Part shown: in pieces, positions 42,854 to 54,887 of the stretch | Numbering within the stretch: position 1 is the stretch's first letter | Layout of the letters: every line of letters starts with the position of its first letter | DNA from: Hyaloraphidium curvatum SAG 235-1 | Taxonomy: Eukaryota > Fungi > Monoblepharomycota | Length of the DNA: 64,000 nt | Assembly: GCA_025558095.1 (NCBI GenBank) | Contig: JAIVFI010000015.1 | Span: forward strand, 434,001-498,000 | Direction: 5' to 3' | Made by a program: the position numbers and the translations under genes | The notes under the pieces: generated by a model | Seen by the model: only the letters and a program-made list of their open reading frames with translations | Told to the model about the DNA's origin: nothing | The model's database searches: none

Positions 42854-44068
42854 TCAATACTCGTCGCCCGAATCCGTCCGCGTGCTGTACGCGTCCGACG
42901 ACCCGCTTCCGCTCTGCCACGGGTCCCTGTACCCTCCCGCCGCATTCTCCTCGTCCCCTTCGTCCTCGTCCGGGTAGTCGTGGGTATAGTACTCCTCCGC
43001 TGCCGGATCTCAAATGAGGATCACGACCCGTGGGTGCGGGAGTCCACCCACCGTTCGAGTCCTCCTCGTCCACGGAATCGTCGTCCTCCTCCTCCGCGAT
43101 GAGCTTGTCCAGCTCGTCCTCGTCCATCATCACCAGCTCCCCCGCCGAGAGGTCCTGCCGCAAGCGGGTGAGGAACCCGGCCGGCTCGGGCGAGTCCGCC
43201 GCGCCGTCGCCTTCCGGGCCCTCTACCGCGTCATGCGCGGGCATGTCCCCGTCGGCGACCATGTACAGGTCGTAGACAAAGTCATCGTCCGGGTTGGCAA
43301 CCCGCGGCAACCAGGGCGCTGGCGATGCCGGGGTTGAAGCGGGTTCCGGGTCGGGTCCCAGGTCGCCGCCGGTCATCCTCAGGTACTCCCTGAGCATGGG
43401 CATCAGCGCCGCCATCCGCGCCTCGGCCTCGGCGTCGTCTGACGCTGCTGCTGTCCGGGCTTTAAGTGGGGGCGGCGCCCCCGGCCTGTTCCGTGTCCGC
43501 CTGGTCCGCCTCGAGGCCGATACTCGGATCGCCTCCTCCTCCGCGAGCGCTTCGTAGAGCTCGTAGTCCGCAGCCGACGCCGGGCCGTCCCCGGTGCCCT
43601 GCGATCGGTTGACCGACACGACGCGGAAGCGGGTCGAGCGCGAGCGCCGCTCGTAGCCCCGCACGCGCTCCTCGCGGGCCTCGGCGAACTTGCTGATGTT
43701 GCCGGGCACCCCGTCGTCCTCCGGGCCGGCGAAAAAGTCGGCGACGGCGGGCGTGCCGGCGGCGATGCGTGCGCGGATCAGTCGTTCGAGGTCGGCTGCC
43801 GCGTGGCGCGCGGGCAGCGCCGCGTGGGCGAGCGCAAACACGAGCGACGCGGGGGCGGCGGCGGGCGTGGCATTGGACGCGTTGGAGTCGTCCAGCGGCG
43901 CGTCGTCGGCGCCCTTTGTGCGCTTGCGATCGACGACTGCGGGACGCGTCAGGGCGGTCTCGCCAGTCGGAGGGGCGCAATCCCACTGAGCACGTCGAGC
44001 GGCTCGTCATCGCGCTTCCGCTTGACGCGCAGGAACGTCGCCGAGGCGGACGACGACGCGTTGGCCAT
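42854..44068 (-). CDS. IWR1: RNA polymerase II nuclear import factor Iwr1/SLC7A6OS, 3 exons
   Basis: FLRVKRKRDDEPLDVL, DDDFVYDLY, DEEDSN-AEEYYTHDYPDED. Confidence 0.88.
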
Positions 44069-44250
44069 CCCGCTCCTCTCTTGAGTTGTTTGTTTGGGCA
44101 GCCATCCATCACTCGCCACGGAGCCAACGTACAGACTGTCTCCCGCAAGGCACTTTGGCTCGACGGCGTACGTCGTCGCCAAGTGAACGTCTACTGAAGT
44201 GTCTCCCGCGGCCAATCTACTTTGGCTGGACGGCGTCCCGAGCAATCGCG

Positions 44251-46380
44251 ATGGACACGCACAAAGGCACGCGCGACGCCGCGCTCCGCATCCTGGGCGA
44301 GCTCGGCTTCGGCAGGTTCACGGGCGGCCCGACACCCGAGCAGACCCGGGAGCTCGTCGACTCGGCGACCCTCACGGGATCAACGGCGCCGTTCATGCCG
44401 TCGCCGTGGAAGTGCTCCGAGATCCATGCGGGGGGCCAGCTGGCGCTCGCCGTCGTGTGCGCGTGGCTGGAAGGTCTGCGCGGCCGGGAATGCAAGGTCG
44501 AGCTGGACGTAATCCACGCTGGGTGGGTCGCATGGGGCCAGCTCGCGATCGAGTGGGAGGTGGAAGGAGGCGGCATGTGGCTCGAGAACTCGGCGCTGTT
44601 CAACAAGAAGGCTGCCGAGCAGACGGCAAAGGGGGAGGCCGTGGACGCCGCTGCAACGACGCCTCCCACTACCCCCGGGGATGCCGCCGACCCTCCCCTC
44701 GCGGACCCGCCTGCGGACACCCTTCCCGGCTCGCCCATCTACGCCAACGCTCGTGCCCTCCTCTCGGACGTGTTCCTGACCCGCGACTCGCGCCACATCT
44801 TCTTCTTCGTCATGTCGTGGGATCCGCCGCAGAAGCTGCTCACCGCCATCGGCTGTCCCCCGGACGAGATCCGCCGCCTCGTACGCCTGTCGCTGGCGTC
44901 CGCCGACACGCACCCGAAAACCTGGGAAGCGTACCACAAGGAGTTTTCCGACACCGTCACCGCCCGCCTCAAGGAGAACGCCGCCTTCGACCTCGAGCGG
45001 CGCTCCCTCAACTCGGGCATCATCGCCATCGTCATGCGCACCCGGGAAGAGTTCTCGCGCGACCCGCACGGCATGGTGCTGGAGCAGCTCCCGCGGTACA
45101 TGTGCGAGCGCCACGCCGCCGTCCGCGGACCGCGCACGCTCGACGAGTGGGCCGCGTTCCGGTCCGGCAGGCTTGACGAGGACGCCCCGTCGGAGCTCTG
45201 GCCGGCCTCGGGGTGGCCCTCCTTCGCGCCGTCGCCCCGCCGCGGCACCCTGTACGGAGTCAAGGTGCTCGCCTTTACCCGCATCGTCGCCGGACCGATC
45301 GCGGGTTTGCAGCTCGCGCAGCTCGGCGCCGACGTGCTGCGCGTCTCGGCCCCGGGGTGGTTCGACTTTCCGCACCACGAGCTTGGGATCAACTTTGGCA
45401 TGCGCAGCACGACGCTGGACGTCAAGTCCCCCGCTGGTCGGGCACAGGTAATCAAGCTGGTCATGGAAGCCGACGTGATCCTGTGCAACCTCCTCCCCGG
45501 GACGCTCGACAAGATGGGCCTCGGGTTCCGGGACGTCCTCGGGATGGTCAAGAACAGGGGCAAGGGCATCGTCTACGTGGAATCATCCACCTTTGGCCCA
45601 CTCGGGCCCATGTCGCATTTCCAGGGGATGGAAACCATCGGACAGCTCTTTTCCGGGCTCGCGCACGAGCATACCAAGTTTCAGCCGTTCAAGGGCCCGC
45701 CCCAACCCACCGGACCGCCGCTGATGCTATGCGATGTCGGCACAGGAATAGGAATAGCCGCGGGCGCAATGGTCGGGCTCGCGAGGAGGGCGGTGCAGGG
45801 TGGCAGCTACCTCGTCCGCGGCTCGCTGGTGCAGACGGGCCTGATGGTCCAGGACCTTGGCAAGTACCCCGACGATGCGGCGGTGCGCAGGCTGTGGGAC
45901 GGGTACCCGCCGATCGAGGAGGTGCCGTGGCTCGTGGTCGAGATACCGCGGTACGCGAGGGAGATTGGGGCGCCGGGGTCGCGGTGGGAGAGCGGGAACT
46001 GGATGCGGACGGTGGACAATCCCCATGGTGAGTTGCGCTATGCGACGCCACGTGGACGTGCTGACGGCTCCGGCCTTTGCCTTGCGCCTCCAGGCGGCTC
46101 TGTCGTCCACCTGATCCCGCCGATTAAGCTCTCCGTGCACTCGGGCATCAACCACATCCGCTTCGTCTCGCGGCCGCTGCACTACGACGCCCACGCCGGG
46201 TTCCTCTTCGACCACAGTGACGGAGAGGGCGTCGGCGAGGAGGTGTTTGATCTGGTCGCAGTGGAGGGGGCCGAGCGGACGTGGAGGTGCCTCGGAAGGG
46301 AGGAGGTGGAGGCGAAGATCGCGAGGCGGGCGAGGGAGCGCGAAATGGGGGAGGGGAGGACCCAACGTTCGAGTTTGTAG
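44251..46380 (+). CDS. family III CoA-transferase (CaiB/BaiF), single exon
   Basis: LYGVKVLAFTRIVAGP...LAQLGADVLRV, GMRSTTLD, ADVILCNLLPGTLDKMGLG, FGPLGP and PLMLCDVGTG (catalytic Asp position). Confidence 0.9.
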   Translation: MDTHKGTRDAALRILGELGFGRFTGGPTPEQTRELVDSATLTGSTAPFMPSPWKCSEIHAGGQLALAVVCAWLEGLRGRECKVELDVIHAGWVAWGQLAIEWEVEGGGMWLENSALFNKKAAEQTAKGEAVDAAATTPPTTPGDAADPPLADPPADTLPGSPIYANARALLSDVFLTRDSRHIFFFVMSWDPPQKLLTAIGCPPDEIRRLVRLSLASADTHPKTWEAYHKEFSDTVTARLKENAAFDLERRSLNSGIIAIVMRTREEFSRDPHGMVLEQLPRYMCERHAAVRGPRTLDEWAAFRSGRLDEDAPSELWPASGWPSFAPSPRRGTLYGVKVLAFTRIVAGPIAGLQLAQLGADVLRVSAPGWFDFPHHELGINFGMRSTTLDVKSPAGRAQVIKLVMEADVILCNLLPGTLDKMGLGFRDVLGMVKNRGKGIVYVESSTFGPLGPMSHFQGMETIGQLFSGLAHEHTKFQPFKGPPQPTGPPLMLCDVGTGIGIAAGAMVGLARRAVQGGSYLVRGSLVQTGLMVQDLGKYPDDAAVRRLWDGYPPIEEVPWLVVEIPRYAREIGAPGSRWESGNWMRTVDNPHGELRYATPRGRADGSGLCLAPPGGSVVHLIPPIKLSVHSGINHIRFVSRPLHYDAHAGFLFDHSDGEGVGEEVFDLVAVEGAERTWRCLGREEVEAKIARRAREREMGEGRTQRSSL

Positions 46381-46537
46381 GATGCGGTTCGAGCTTTCCC
46401 TCCATTTGGGGTCCTCAATTCATTTCAACGAAAGCACATTCCCGTCCACGCATCCGATCAATACAGGGCTTCAACCCGCCCGGATGCGCATCGACCTTGC
46501 CGTAAGAATGCTCGCTAACCCGTGCGCATTGCACAAG

Positions 46538-48270
46538 CTAGTCGAGGTCGTCCCAATTCTCCTCGTCAGGAGACGTCTCCACCCTTCGCTTGTTCCTCGC
46601 CGACGCGTCGGGCTTGCGGTCGAACGGCTCCACCGTCTTGCCCAAGAGCGTGGCAAAGGTGCCGAGGGCCTGCGCTAACTTGGCCTTAACATGCGGGTCC
46701 TCTGCTGAGGCGCGGCCGTCTTGGTCTGTCGAGGAGGCGCCGACCGTGTCACTTGCTGCTCCCAACTTTAGTGCGGCAGCGCCTTCGGCTATGCACTTGA
46801 GGCAATCTGCAGGGTCGTGCACCCAGTCAAAAGTCCGATGGAGATGCTGAAGAAGGCGCAAGCCTCACAGTCAATTTTCAGTGCAAGAAGCGTCCACGCC
46901 TTCTTTCCGCACTTCTTGCAAATGAAATAGGACCTCAAGTTGCTCGGGATCATGTTTCCGATCTCCTCCATCTGCTCCACGCTGTACATGGAGCCCGGTG
47001 CCGACAGCACAGCTTCCGCCGCGAAATCCGTGATGTCGACGGGCTTCTCGCGCGTGATGAGTCCGCCACTGGTCAGGAGGAGGCCCTCAAAGGTCGTTTC
47101 GATCGCCTTGCCGACAGGCGTGTCGACCACGCCGCATGGATCTTCCAGCACCATTGTGGTCAGCCTCTTGAGGACTTCTGCTTCCCGCTGAATGATCTGT
47201 TCCGATGTAGGCTGGGGAAGCGAGACCACGTTCCTCGCCTCGCAATACTCCGGCGTCGAGGAAACGTACGACGACGACGCAGGAAACATTGGAGTAGACC
47301 CCTGGCTTCCGGGTTCGGCCCAGGCGTCGAGGTCATCCGTGGGTCGGCCACCGGATCCAAAGCCGCCGAAAGCGGTGGAAACTGCCTGATCGGGAACGAC
47401 CACGTCGTTCTCGTCGCCTGCGGAATGATGCAGCAAAGGCTCCTCTGTCTGCTTGCCCTTCACGGAGCGTTGAGGCTTCGCCCGCTTCTTGCCCGGTTTG
47501 CCGACCTGCTGCCCGCTCTTGTCCATGGCAGGCGGCGGCACCTGTTGGAGACTCCCCTGCTCCTTGTGGAAATCCGTGATGTGCCCCAGGTACGTTTTGT
47601 TCGTCACCAGGTGATCCTTCAGTTCAAACTCAACGTTTTCGTCGCACTCCAAGCAGGCCCATCGCTGCACTCCTTCTTCATCGCGGAAGCCAACGATCCG
47701 AGGATCTTTATTGTAGTGCAGATGGTCCGTGGGGATGGTTACCCGGATCGGAGACGCAGCGACGACGCGCCTGAGCTCCTCCAAATTTGATCGCTCCCAG
47801 TCCTTTCGCGCAGAGGTTTGCAGCCCCTTCAGGCTCTTAAACGAGTCCTTCCCCTTGCCTTTGATGAACTTTGTGGGTGCTTCCACGCACGTGCATCCCA
47901 GCAGCGGTACCCAAGGCCGCGAGGCCTCGGTTACCGGTTCCGGGGCGCCGGAGGAGGAGCTGGAGCCCGCGTTTTTGCCGGGGCCGGCCGCATCGGGATC
48001 GGGATAGTCCTGCCGTTGCATGCCGAGAAACACGTCACCGGAGGATGGGTGGACCAGTACCGCAAAGGCCGGCACGTCGTCGGGGGATTTCCCGCGCTTC
48101 CTAAGCTCTTCACGCATGAATGCCTCCGTATCAAACGGCTCGTCGGCTCCGGGTTCCTCGTAGGAATAGCCGGCGTCGTCTCCACAGTCGATCCGGTCTG
48201 GGTCCTCGCGGCCGTCCTCGTCCGCTGAAGCATCGTCCGAACCAAAATCCCCTGCAAAGTATTGGGACAT
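46538..48270 (-). CDS. orphan protein with two putative zinc fingers; exons 48270-46900 and 46846-46538
   Basis: Long open frame from MSQYFAGDFG. Contains WACLEC...HITDFH (C2H2/BED-like). A predicted 53-nt GC-AG intron gives CKKC-x17-CLKC. Confidence 0.65.
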
Positions 48271-48534
48271 CCCTCGGTGAGCCCGTAGGAAGCGGTGGCG
48301 GCTTGGCGTTCGAGTTGAGCGGAACGATGGGCGGGCGGCCGGTGGGCGGCTGCCGGCCGGTGCCAGCAGCGAGCACCTCCAAAGCGTCTCCGAGTCTGGC
48401 CCGCAGGCGGCCCCAGCCGACCCTCCAAAATCCCTCGGACGCCTTTCCATTATGAAGACCTGCGAGATCGTCGGGATTCCGGGGCCCTTTCGCGCGATGG
48501 AGCTGTGGACCACCCCGGACCACCCCAGCGGGGA

Positions 48535-48542
48535 TATATAAG
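48535..48542 (+). promoter_or_regulatory. TATA box candidate
   Basis: TATATAAG in GC-rich context, about 150 nt upstream of the 48689 microprotein ATG. Confidence 0.55.
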
Positions 48543-48688
48543 CTCGGGCCCCGCCGGTACCCTCCCACACTTCCAGCACCAGCATCTTTGCCTCGGCATC
48601 TCTGCACTCTCTTCCGCCACTCGTAAGCCACGCCGCCACGCCCGGCTCGGTCTGCACCACTGATCTGGTTCCCAGACTCCTCATCAAG

Positions 48689-48868
48689 ATGGGCAACGTC
48701 GTCTCTGGCGTCGTCGACGTGACCGAAGTCGTCAGCAAGATCGTGCCCCTCCCTTGCACGGCTTGCGGCCACCCCACCACCCAGCACACCCGCGTGGGGA
48801 ACGACGGTCCCCACCGCGTCTACCGCTGCTCGTGCGGGTCGCACTGCAAGCTGCTCGTGCCCACTTGA
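48689..48868 (+). CDS. 59-aa putative N-myristoylated Cys/His-rich (zinc-binding) microprotein
   Basis: MGNVVSGVVDVTEVVSKIVPLPCTACGHPTTQHTRVGNDGPHRVYRCSCGSHCKLLVPT*. It has a G2/S6 myristoylation consensus, strongly C/G-ending codons, CAAGATGG start context and an upstream TATA. It is just shorter than the smallest ORFs in the track. Confidence 0.65.
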   Translation: MGNVVSGVVDVTEVVSKIVPLPCTACGHPTTQHTRVGNDGPHRVYRCSCGSHCKLLVPT

Positions 48869-49310
48869 GGCGAGTTCGCCGGCCGCGTTCCGCATGCTCG
48901 AAGCTGACACCGTTGCGCCTCCCCAGCAGCGCGAGGAAGCGTCGAGGACGGGATCTCGCTCGGGGTTGCAGCAGTTTGGGTTGGGGGTGGGTGTGACGGC
49001 CGGACGAGGGGGGGACTTGGCCGCACGCTAGGGCATTCTTTCTGTACTGGCGACGATCGGTAACACAAGCCCGTCCCGAACCTGCCCGCGCTGTGCCAGA
49101 TCGCATGCCGCCTACATCCGGGATCCGCCCTTGCACCGGGACCTTCACTCGCATGACCCGTCCCGTCCGCTCACCGTACGAAAAGCTTGCGGGGTTGCGA
49201 GACCGTGTAGTGAGCGGTCGACCCGCGGACCGCGCCCCAAGACAAAGAGCCAGCGATCGGGCCCGCCACTCCCTTCCCCCGATCGGCACTTCAGCCGGCG
49301 CCGATCCTGC

Positions 49311-50786
49311 TCAACCCGACGCCGAGCCGCCTCCCCCCTCCCCCCCGACTGCATCCCCGCCCCCCACCCCCTCCATCTGCCCCCACGGCACCGCCGCCCC
49401 CATCCCCAGGTGCTGCACCACCACCCTCTTGCCCAGCACCTCCCCGCCCCACATCCTCAGCAGCCCCGCGTTGACCCTCTCCCACCCCGGCAGCCCGGAA
49501 ATGTCGTACAGCAGGGGCGAGTGCTCGTGGAAGGGGCCGCGCTTGGCCGAATGGAGGTGCGCGAGGGACGAGAAGAGGAGGTACGATGCGCGGTGCTTGG
49601 CGGCGAGGTCGGGATTGGGTATGGAGCGGGGGGGCAGGCCGCGGGAGCCTGGGATAGCGCTGTCAGGAGTCGCACCGGTGGGAAGCGGGGCGGGACCAAC
49701 CGATCAGCTGGGACGAGCCGAAGTAGTAGGGCAGGAACTGGTGGTCGTCGAGGCCCCACACGCCGTGGCTCCCCGCGGGCTCGAGGAAGTAGCGCTGCTG
49801 GAACCGCCTGCACACGTTCAGGTAGCTCTCGAGCACGTACAGCACGGCGGCGCGGTCGTCTTCGGGGGCGAGGAAGCGCAGCAGCGAGAGGGTCAGGAGG
49901 AAGGCGAGGAAGGAGAGCTCGTGGCCCGTGCCGTAGTCCAGGCGCTGCGCGGACCCGAAGGCGTCGAGGAGGTAGCCGCGGAGTTCGGGGACCGCGGGGT
50001 GCAGTTCCGGGGGGAGCATGTCACGGAGGAGGTCGGGGGAGCCGGCGGGGCCGGGGTGCTCGGGGAGCAGGGCCTCGAGCTGCGCGTGCCATTGGCGGAA
50101 GGCCGGGTCGCCGAAGCGGGCCTTGGAGCGGGATTCGCTGGGCTGGACGGCGTCGGTGAGGGCGTCGATGCGGGCCAGCATCGCGAGCAGGCTCTTCAAG
50201 TTCTAGAAAGGGAGGGTGCGACACCGGATCAACATGAGCGGGCATTTGAGAACGTGACGCGCCCCACCTCCGAGCGGTAGACGATCTGCGGCCGCTGACC
50301 CGGGTTCTCGTCCTCCCACTTTGCCAGCGCCGCGTCGTACTCCTCGCGGCTATCGCAAACGGTCCCGCCCTCTTCCCCCGGCACCCGCACGCCCTGCACG
50401 GCCTCGTTCAGGTCCTGGGCATAGTCCATGAGCCGCGCGAAGCCCTCTGATCGCAGCCACGCGCGCATCGCGGCCTCGTCGCCGTCTCTTGCCGAGGCGT
50501 CGACGATCTCGCGCTTCAGCGGCCGGCAGTCCTCCGCCTTGACGAGCGGCCGGCCCGCGCGGCGGCGGTACGGCGTGTCGAGACTGCCCGCAGCGCCGAG
50601 GCGGCGGTCGGGCGCGTACGCCGACGGCGGCGGCTTGGCGGGGGCGGCCGGCCGCGCGAACCCGTCGCGGGGAGCACCGAGCTGCTCGCGCACGAACCGC
50701 GACCCCATGAGCCCGGGCGCGGACGCCGCCGCGTTGTACACCGAGGACCCCGAGGGGACGGGCGGGTTCCGCGACGACGAGGCCAT
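49311..50786 (-). CDS. PP2A phosphatase activator PTPA (Rrd1/Rrd2 family), 3 exons
   Basis: RFGDPAFRQW, AFGSAQRLDYGTGHELSF, YFLEPAGSHGVWGLDDHQFLPYYFGSSQL, KRGPFHEHSPLLYDISG, EVLGKRVVVQH. Confidence 0.95.
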
Positions 50787-50952
50787 GTCGGGCAGGCGAG
50801 ATTGGTTTTGGGGCGGCCCCTTCGTGCTTCTGAGACGGGTTCAAACCAACCGCCCTACCACCTCTTCTCGGCTTTTCCCCCTCACGGCTCAAGCCGTGTG
50901 CGGAATCGGACCCTGCTAGGCAGCCCGGCCGGCGGCGGTCACTGTCTTCGCC

Positions 50953-53900
50953 ATGGGGTGGGCGCCCGTCTCCCTCCACCGGCGCCCAATCTGACGTTTT
51001 CTTCCCTCTCCCAGCGTCCCCGCCCTCTTCCGCTGGCTCAGCCAGAAGTACCCAAAGATCACCGCGCCCGTGGTCGAGGACCTGCCCGACAAGGCCGACG
51101 ACGACCCGCGCCCCGCGGACTGGTCCGGCCCCAACCCCAACGGCTGGGAGCTCGACAACCTGTACCTGGACATGAACGGCATCATCCACCCATGCACGCA
51201 CCCCGAGGACAAGCCGGCGCCCGAGACGGAGGACGCCATGTTCGTCGAGGTGTGCCTTTACATCGACAGGCTGATGGCCATGGCTCGGCCGCGGAAGCTG
51301 GTCTACATGGCCATCGACGGCGTGGCGCCCAGGGCAAAGATGAACCAGCAGCGCTCGCGCCGGTTCCGCGCCGCGCAGGAGGCGCAGGACAAGGCGGACG
51401 ACGAGGAGCGGATTCGGAGCGAGTGGGAGGCCGACGGCGGGAAGCTGCCGCCGGTCGAGGGCGACCTGGAGGGGTCCAAGAAGAAGCCCTTCGACTCCAA
51501 CTGCATCACCCCGGGCACGCCCTTCATGGCCAACCTCGCCATCTGCCTCCGCTACTACATCACGGACCGGCTACAGAACAACCCGGCGTGGAAGAACGTG
51601 AGCGGCTTGCCCCCGAACCGCGGCCAACCAATCTCACCCACTGCCGCTCGCCAGCTTAAAATCATCCTCTCGGACGCCTCGGCACCCGGCGAGGGCGAGC
51701 ACAAGATCATGCACTTTGTCCGCCGCCAGCGCCTGAGCCCCGGCTACGACGCCAACACCACGCACTGCCTGTACGGCCTGGACGCGGACCTGATCATGCT
51801 GGCCCTGGCCACGCACGAGCCGCACTTTTCCATCCTGCGCGAGGACGTGTTCGCCAAGGAGGGCGGCGGCAAGTGCTTCGTGTGCGGACGGCCGGGGCAC
51901 CAGGCCGCAAACTGCCCCGGCAAGCTGCCGCCGGGCCAGGGCGAGGAGAAGGACAAGGATCCGGACGCGGGGTACAAGCCGTTCGTGTTCCTGCACGTGC
52001 CGGTGCTGCGCGAGTACCTCGAGGCCGAGCTGCGCGTGTCGTCGCCGCTGCCCAAGTGGGACCTGGAGCGGGCCATCGACGACTGGGTGTTCCTCGTCTT
52101 TTTCGTCGGCAACGACTTCCTCCCGCACCTGCCCTCGCTCGAGATCCGCGAGGGCGCCATCGACGCGCTCGTGGGCATCTGGAAGAACGTCGTGCCCCGG
52201 CTGGGCCGCTACCTCACCGACTCAGGCGAGGTGGACCTCGAGGCCGCCGAGCAGGTGCTTTCGGAGCTCGGCCGCCGCGAGGACGGCATCTTCCGGGAGC
52301 GCAGGCGCAAGGAGGAGCAGAAGCGCGAGGCGGCCAAGCGGCGCGCGGAGGAGGCCAGGGACAGGAAGGAGCGCGGGGGGCGGCGGCACGTGCGGTTCGA
52401 CGAGGTGCCCGAGGGGGCCAGGCAGGCCGGGGTGTCGGCAGAGGCGATGGCGGTGCCGGTGCAGAGGCGCGACCCGAGGGCGCTCGGGCTGCCGGGGGCG
52501 GATGCGCCGCCGCCGATGGTGCCGCTGCAGACGAGGGAGCAGAGGGACAAGGCGAATGCCGAGGCGGCGAGGAAGCTGAGGGAGAAGCTGATGGTCAAGA
52601 GGGCTTCGGCGTCGCCGGACGTGGCCGCAGCCGCCGCGGCCGCCAAGCCCGAGCCGGTATCGGCCGATCTGGCGGCATCAACTGATGCTGAACCGATGGA
52701 CACGGACGCGGACGAGGCCAAGCGTGGGGTGAAGCGCAAGGCCGAGGAGATCGAGGAGGCCGCGGAGGGAAAGAAGGAGCCCAACGGGATCGGCCTGGGC
52801 ATCGACGCCGTGGCCGCCGAGACGACGCAGACGGACTCGGAGCTCCCCGACTCGGTGCCCGCCGAGGACTCGGCGCCCTTGAACGGCGACGACTCGGTCG
52901 CCACGGACGCCGAGGTCAAGGAGGAGCCGATACCGGACGAGATCGAGCTGGAGCTGGAGGAGGACGAGGCCGAGGAGGCACTGGGGGTCGAGGACACGCT
53001 CACGGTCGCGGACGTGCCGATTCCGCACCAGGTGCGCAAGGAGTCGATCAAGGGCGCCGTCGAGGGGGAGGAGGAGCCGTACGACGACGTGAGGCTGTGG
53101 GAGGACGGGTGGAAGTCGAGGTACTACCGCAACAAGTTCGGGGTGGCCGAGGACGACGCGTCGTTCAAGAGGAGGTGCGTCTCTGCGGTTCGTGTTCCTC
53201 GTTCTGGTTCGCTGACAGTTTGTGCAGCCTCGTCAAGGCCTACGTCGAGGGCTTCTCCTGGGTCCTCAAGTACTACTACCAGGGCGTCCGCTCGTGGAAG
53301 TGGTTCTACCCGTACCACTACTCGCCCTTTGCCTCGGACTTTGTCGAGCTCGCCTCGCTCGACATCAACTTCGAGCTCGGCACGCCCTTCCGCCCCATCG
53401 AACAGCTCATGGGCGTGCTCCCCGCGGCCAGCCGCGCCCACATCCCCGCCCCTTTCCACCCGCTCATGACCGAGCCCGACAGCGAGATCTACGACTTTTA
53501 CCCGGAAAAGTTCCAGATCGACCTCAACGGCAAGAAGTACGCCTGGCAGGGCGTCGCGCTGCTCCCCTTCATCGACGAGAAGCGGCTGCTGGATGCCATC
53601 GAGCCGCGCTACGAGTTCATCACCGACGACGAGCGGAAGCGCAACACCCAGGGACCGGAGCTCATCTTTGTCGGGGCAGGGAGCCCGCTCTACGATGTCC
53701 TGTGCGCCGCGTACGGGGGCGAAGACGCCCCGCTTCCCATCGGGGACGTCGGCGGGACCTTTGGCACCGTGGCCAGGGATGCCGACTTTTGCCCGCCTGG
53801 ATCCAAGTTCGTCTCGCCCCTCAAGTTGCAGGGGCTGCCGGACCTGGAAAAGACCTCGGCCATTTCGGCCGTCTTTGAGCACCCCGAGTTTCCCGAGGGC

Positions 53901-54887
53901 CGTTTCCACCGGGCAGAGCTGCTCCCGACCGTCAAGCTCCCGCCGCGCGTGCTCAGCAACGACGACATCATGTGGATCAGGATGGGCAGGCCCGGTCGAC
54001 CGCGCATGGATGGCGGAGCGGCTGCCCGCTTTGCCAACCACGGAATGGGCCGTGGCGGAAGCCCGCGCTTCAACGGCGATCGCCGGGACAACCGTGGCAA
54101 CGGAGACAGGCACGGGAACGACGGGTACGATCCCAGGCGTGAGAGCTATCCGCCGCGAGGCGGCCGGGGGAACGACTATTCGGATCCGCCGCGGCGCGGG
54201 TCGCCGGGTGGAGGATGGAGGCCTTCCAGTTCGTACAACGATTCTTACCGGTCGCAAGGCGGACAGTACGGCTCGAGGGAACCGGACCGGTACCCGTCGC
54301 CCGGGCAAGGGGGGCAGGGCGGCTCCTACTACGGTGGCCAGCCGTCGCAGGACTCGCAGCCGGGAAGGATCACCGCCTACGGTTCCAGCGCGGGCAAGAT
54401 CACCGCGTACGGATCCGCTGCAGGAGTTCAGCAGCCTTACGGCGGCCAGCCTGCGCCACAGGCTGGCTACGGCTACGGGCAGCAGCAGCTCAACCCGAAC
54501 GCGGCGGCTTTCGTGCCCGGTTCGGCGTACCCTTCGCCGGCGAACCAGGCCTACCCTCAGACGGGCTATAACCAGCAGCAGGCGTACGGGCAGCAACCCG
54601 CCTACGGACAGCCGCCTGCTCAGACGGCTACGTACCCCCCGTACCCGCAGACCGGGGCCACCTACACCGGGATGTACCCGAGCGCCGGTACCGCTTACCC
54701 CAGCGCAGGCTCGGGCGCTATGTATCCCAGCACCGGTTCGTACGGTGCGGCACCTCCGCCGCCGCTGCAGCCCGCCAGGCCGCCGTACACGAACCTGGCG
54801 TGGAACCGGAACATTGCCACGACGTCCGAGGCGAGCCGTGGGAGGGGTGGATATGCGGGAGGGGGTGGGTACAGGCCGCCGCGGTGA
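50953..54887 (+). CDS. XRN2: 5'-3' exoribonuclease 2 (Rat1/Xrn2), multi-exon
   Basis: [66 protein letters not shown] knuckle [46 protein letters not shown]. Confidence 0.97.

Noticed and set aside
42270-43841. 523-aa minus-strand ORF overlapping MMTAG2
   Set aside because: It is the IWR1 middle exon read through its intron. The spliced gene ends at 42854 with the conserved DSNAE..Y..DYP motif.
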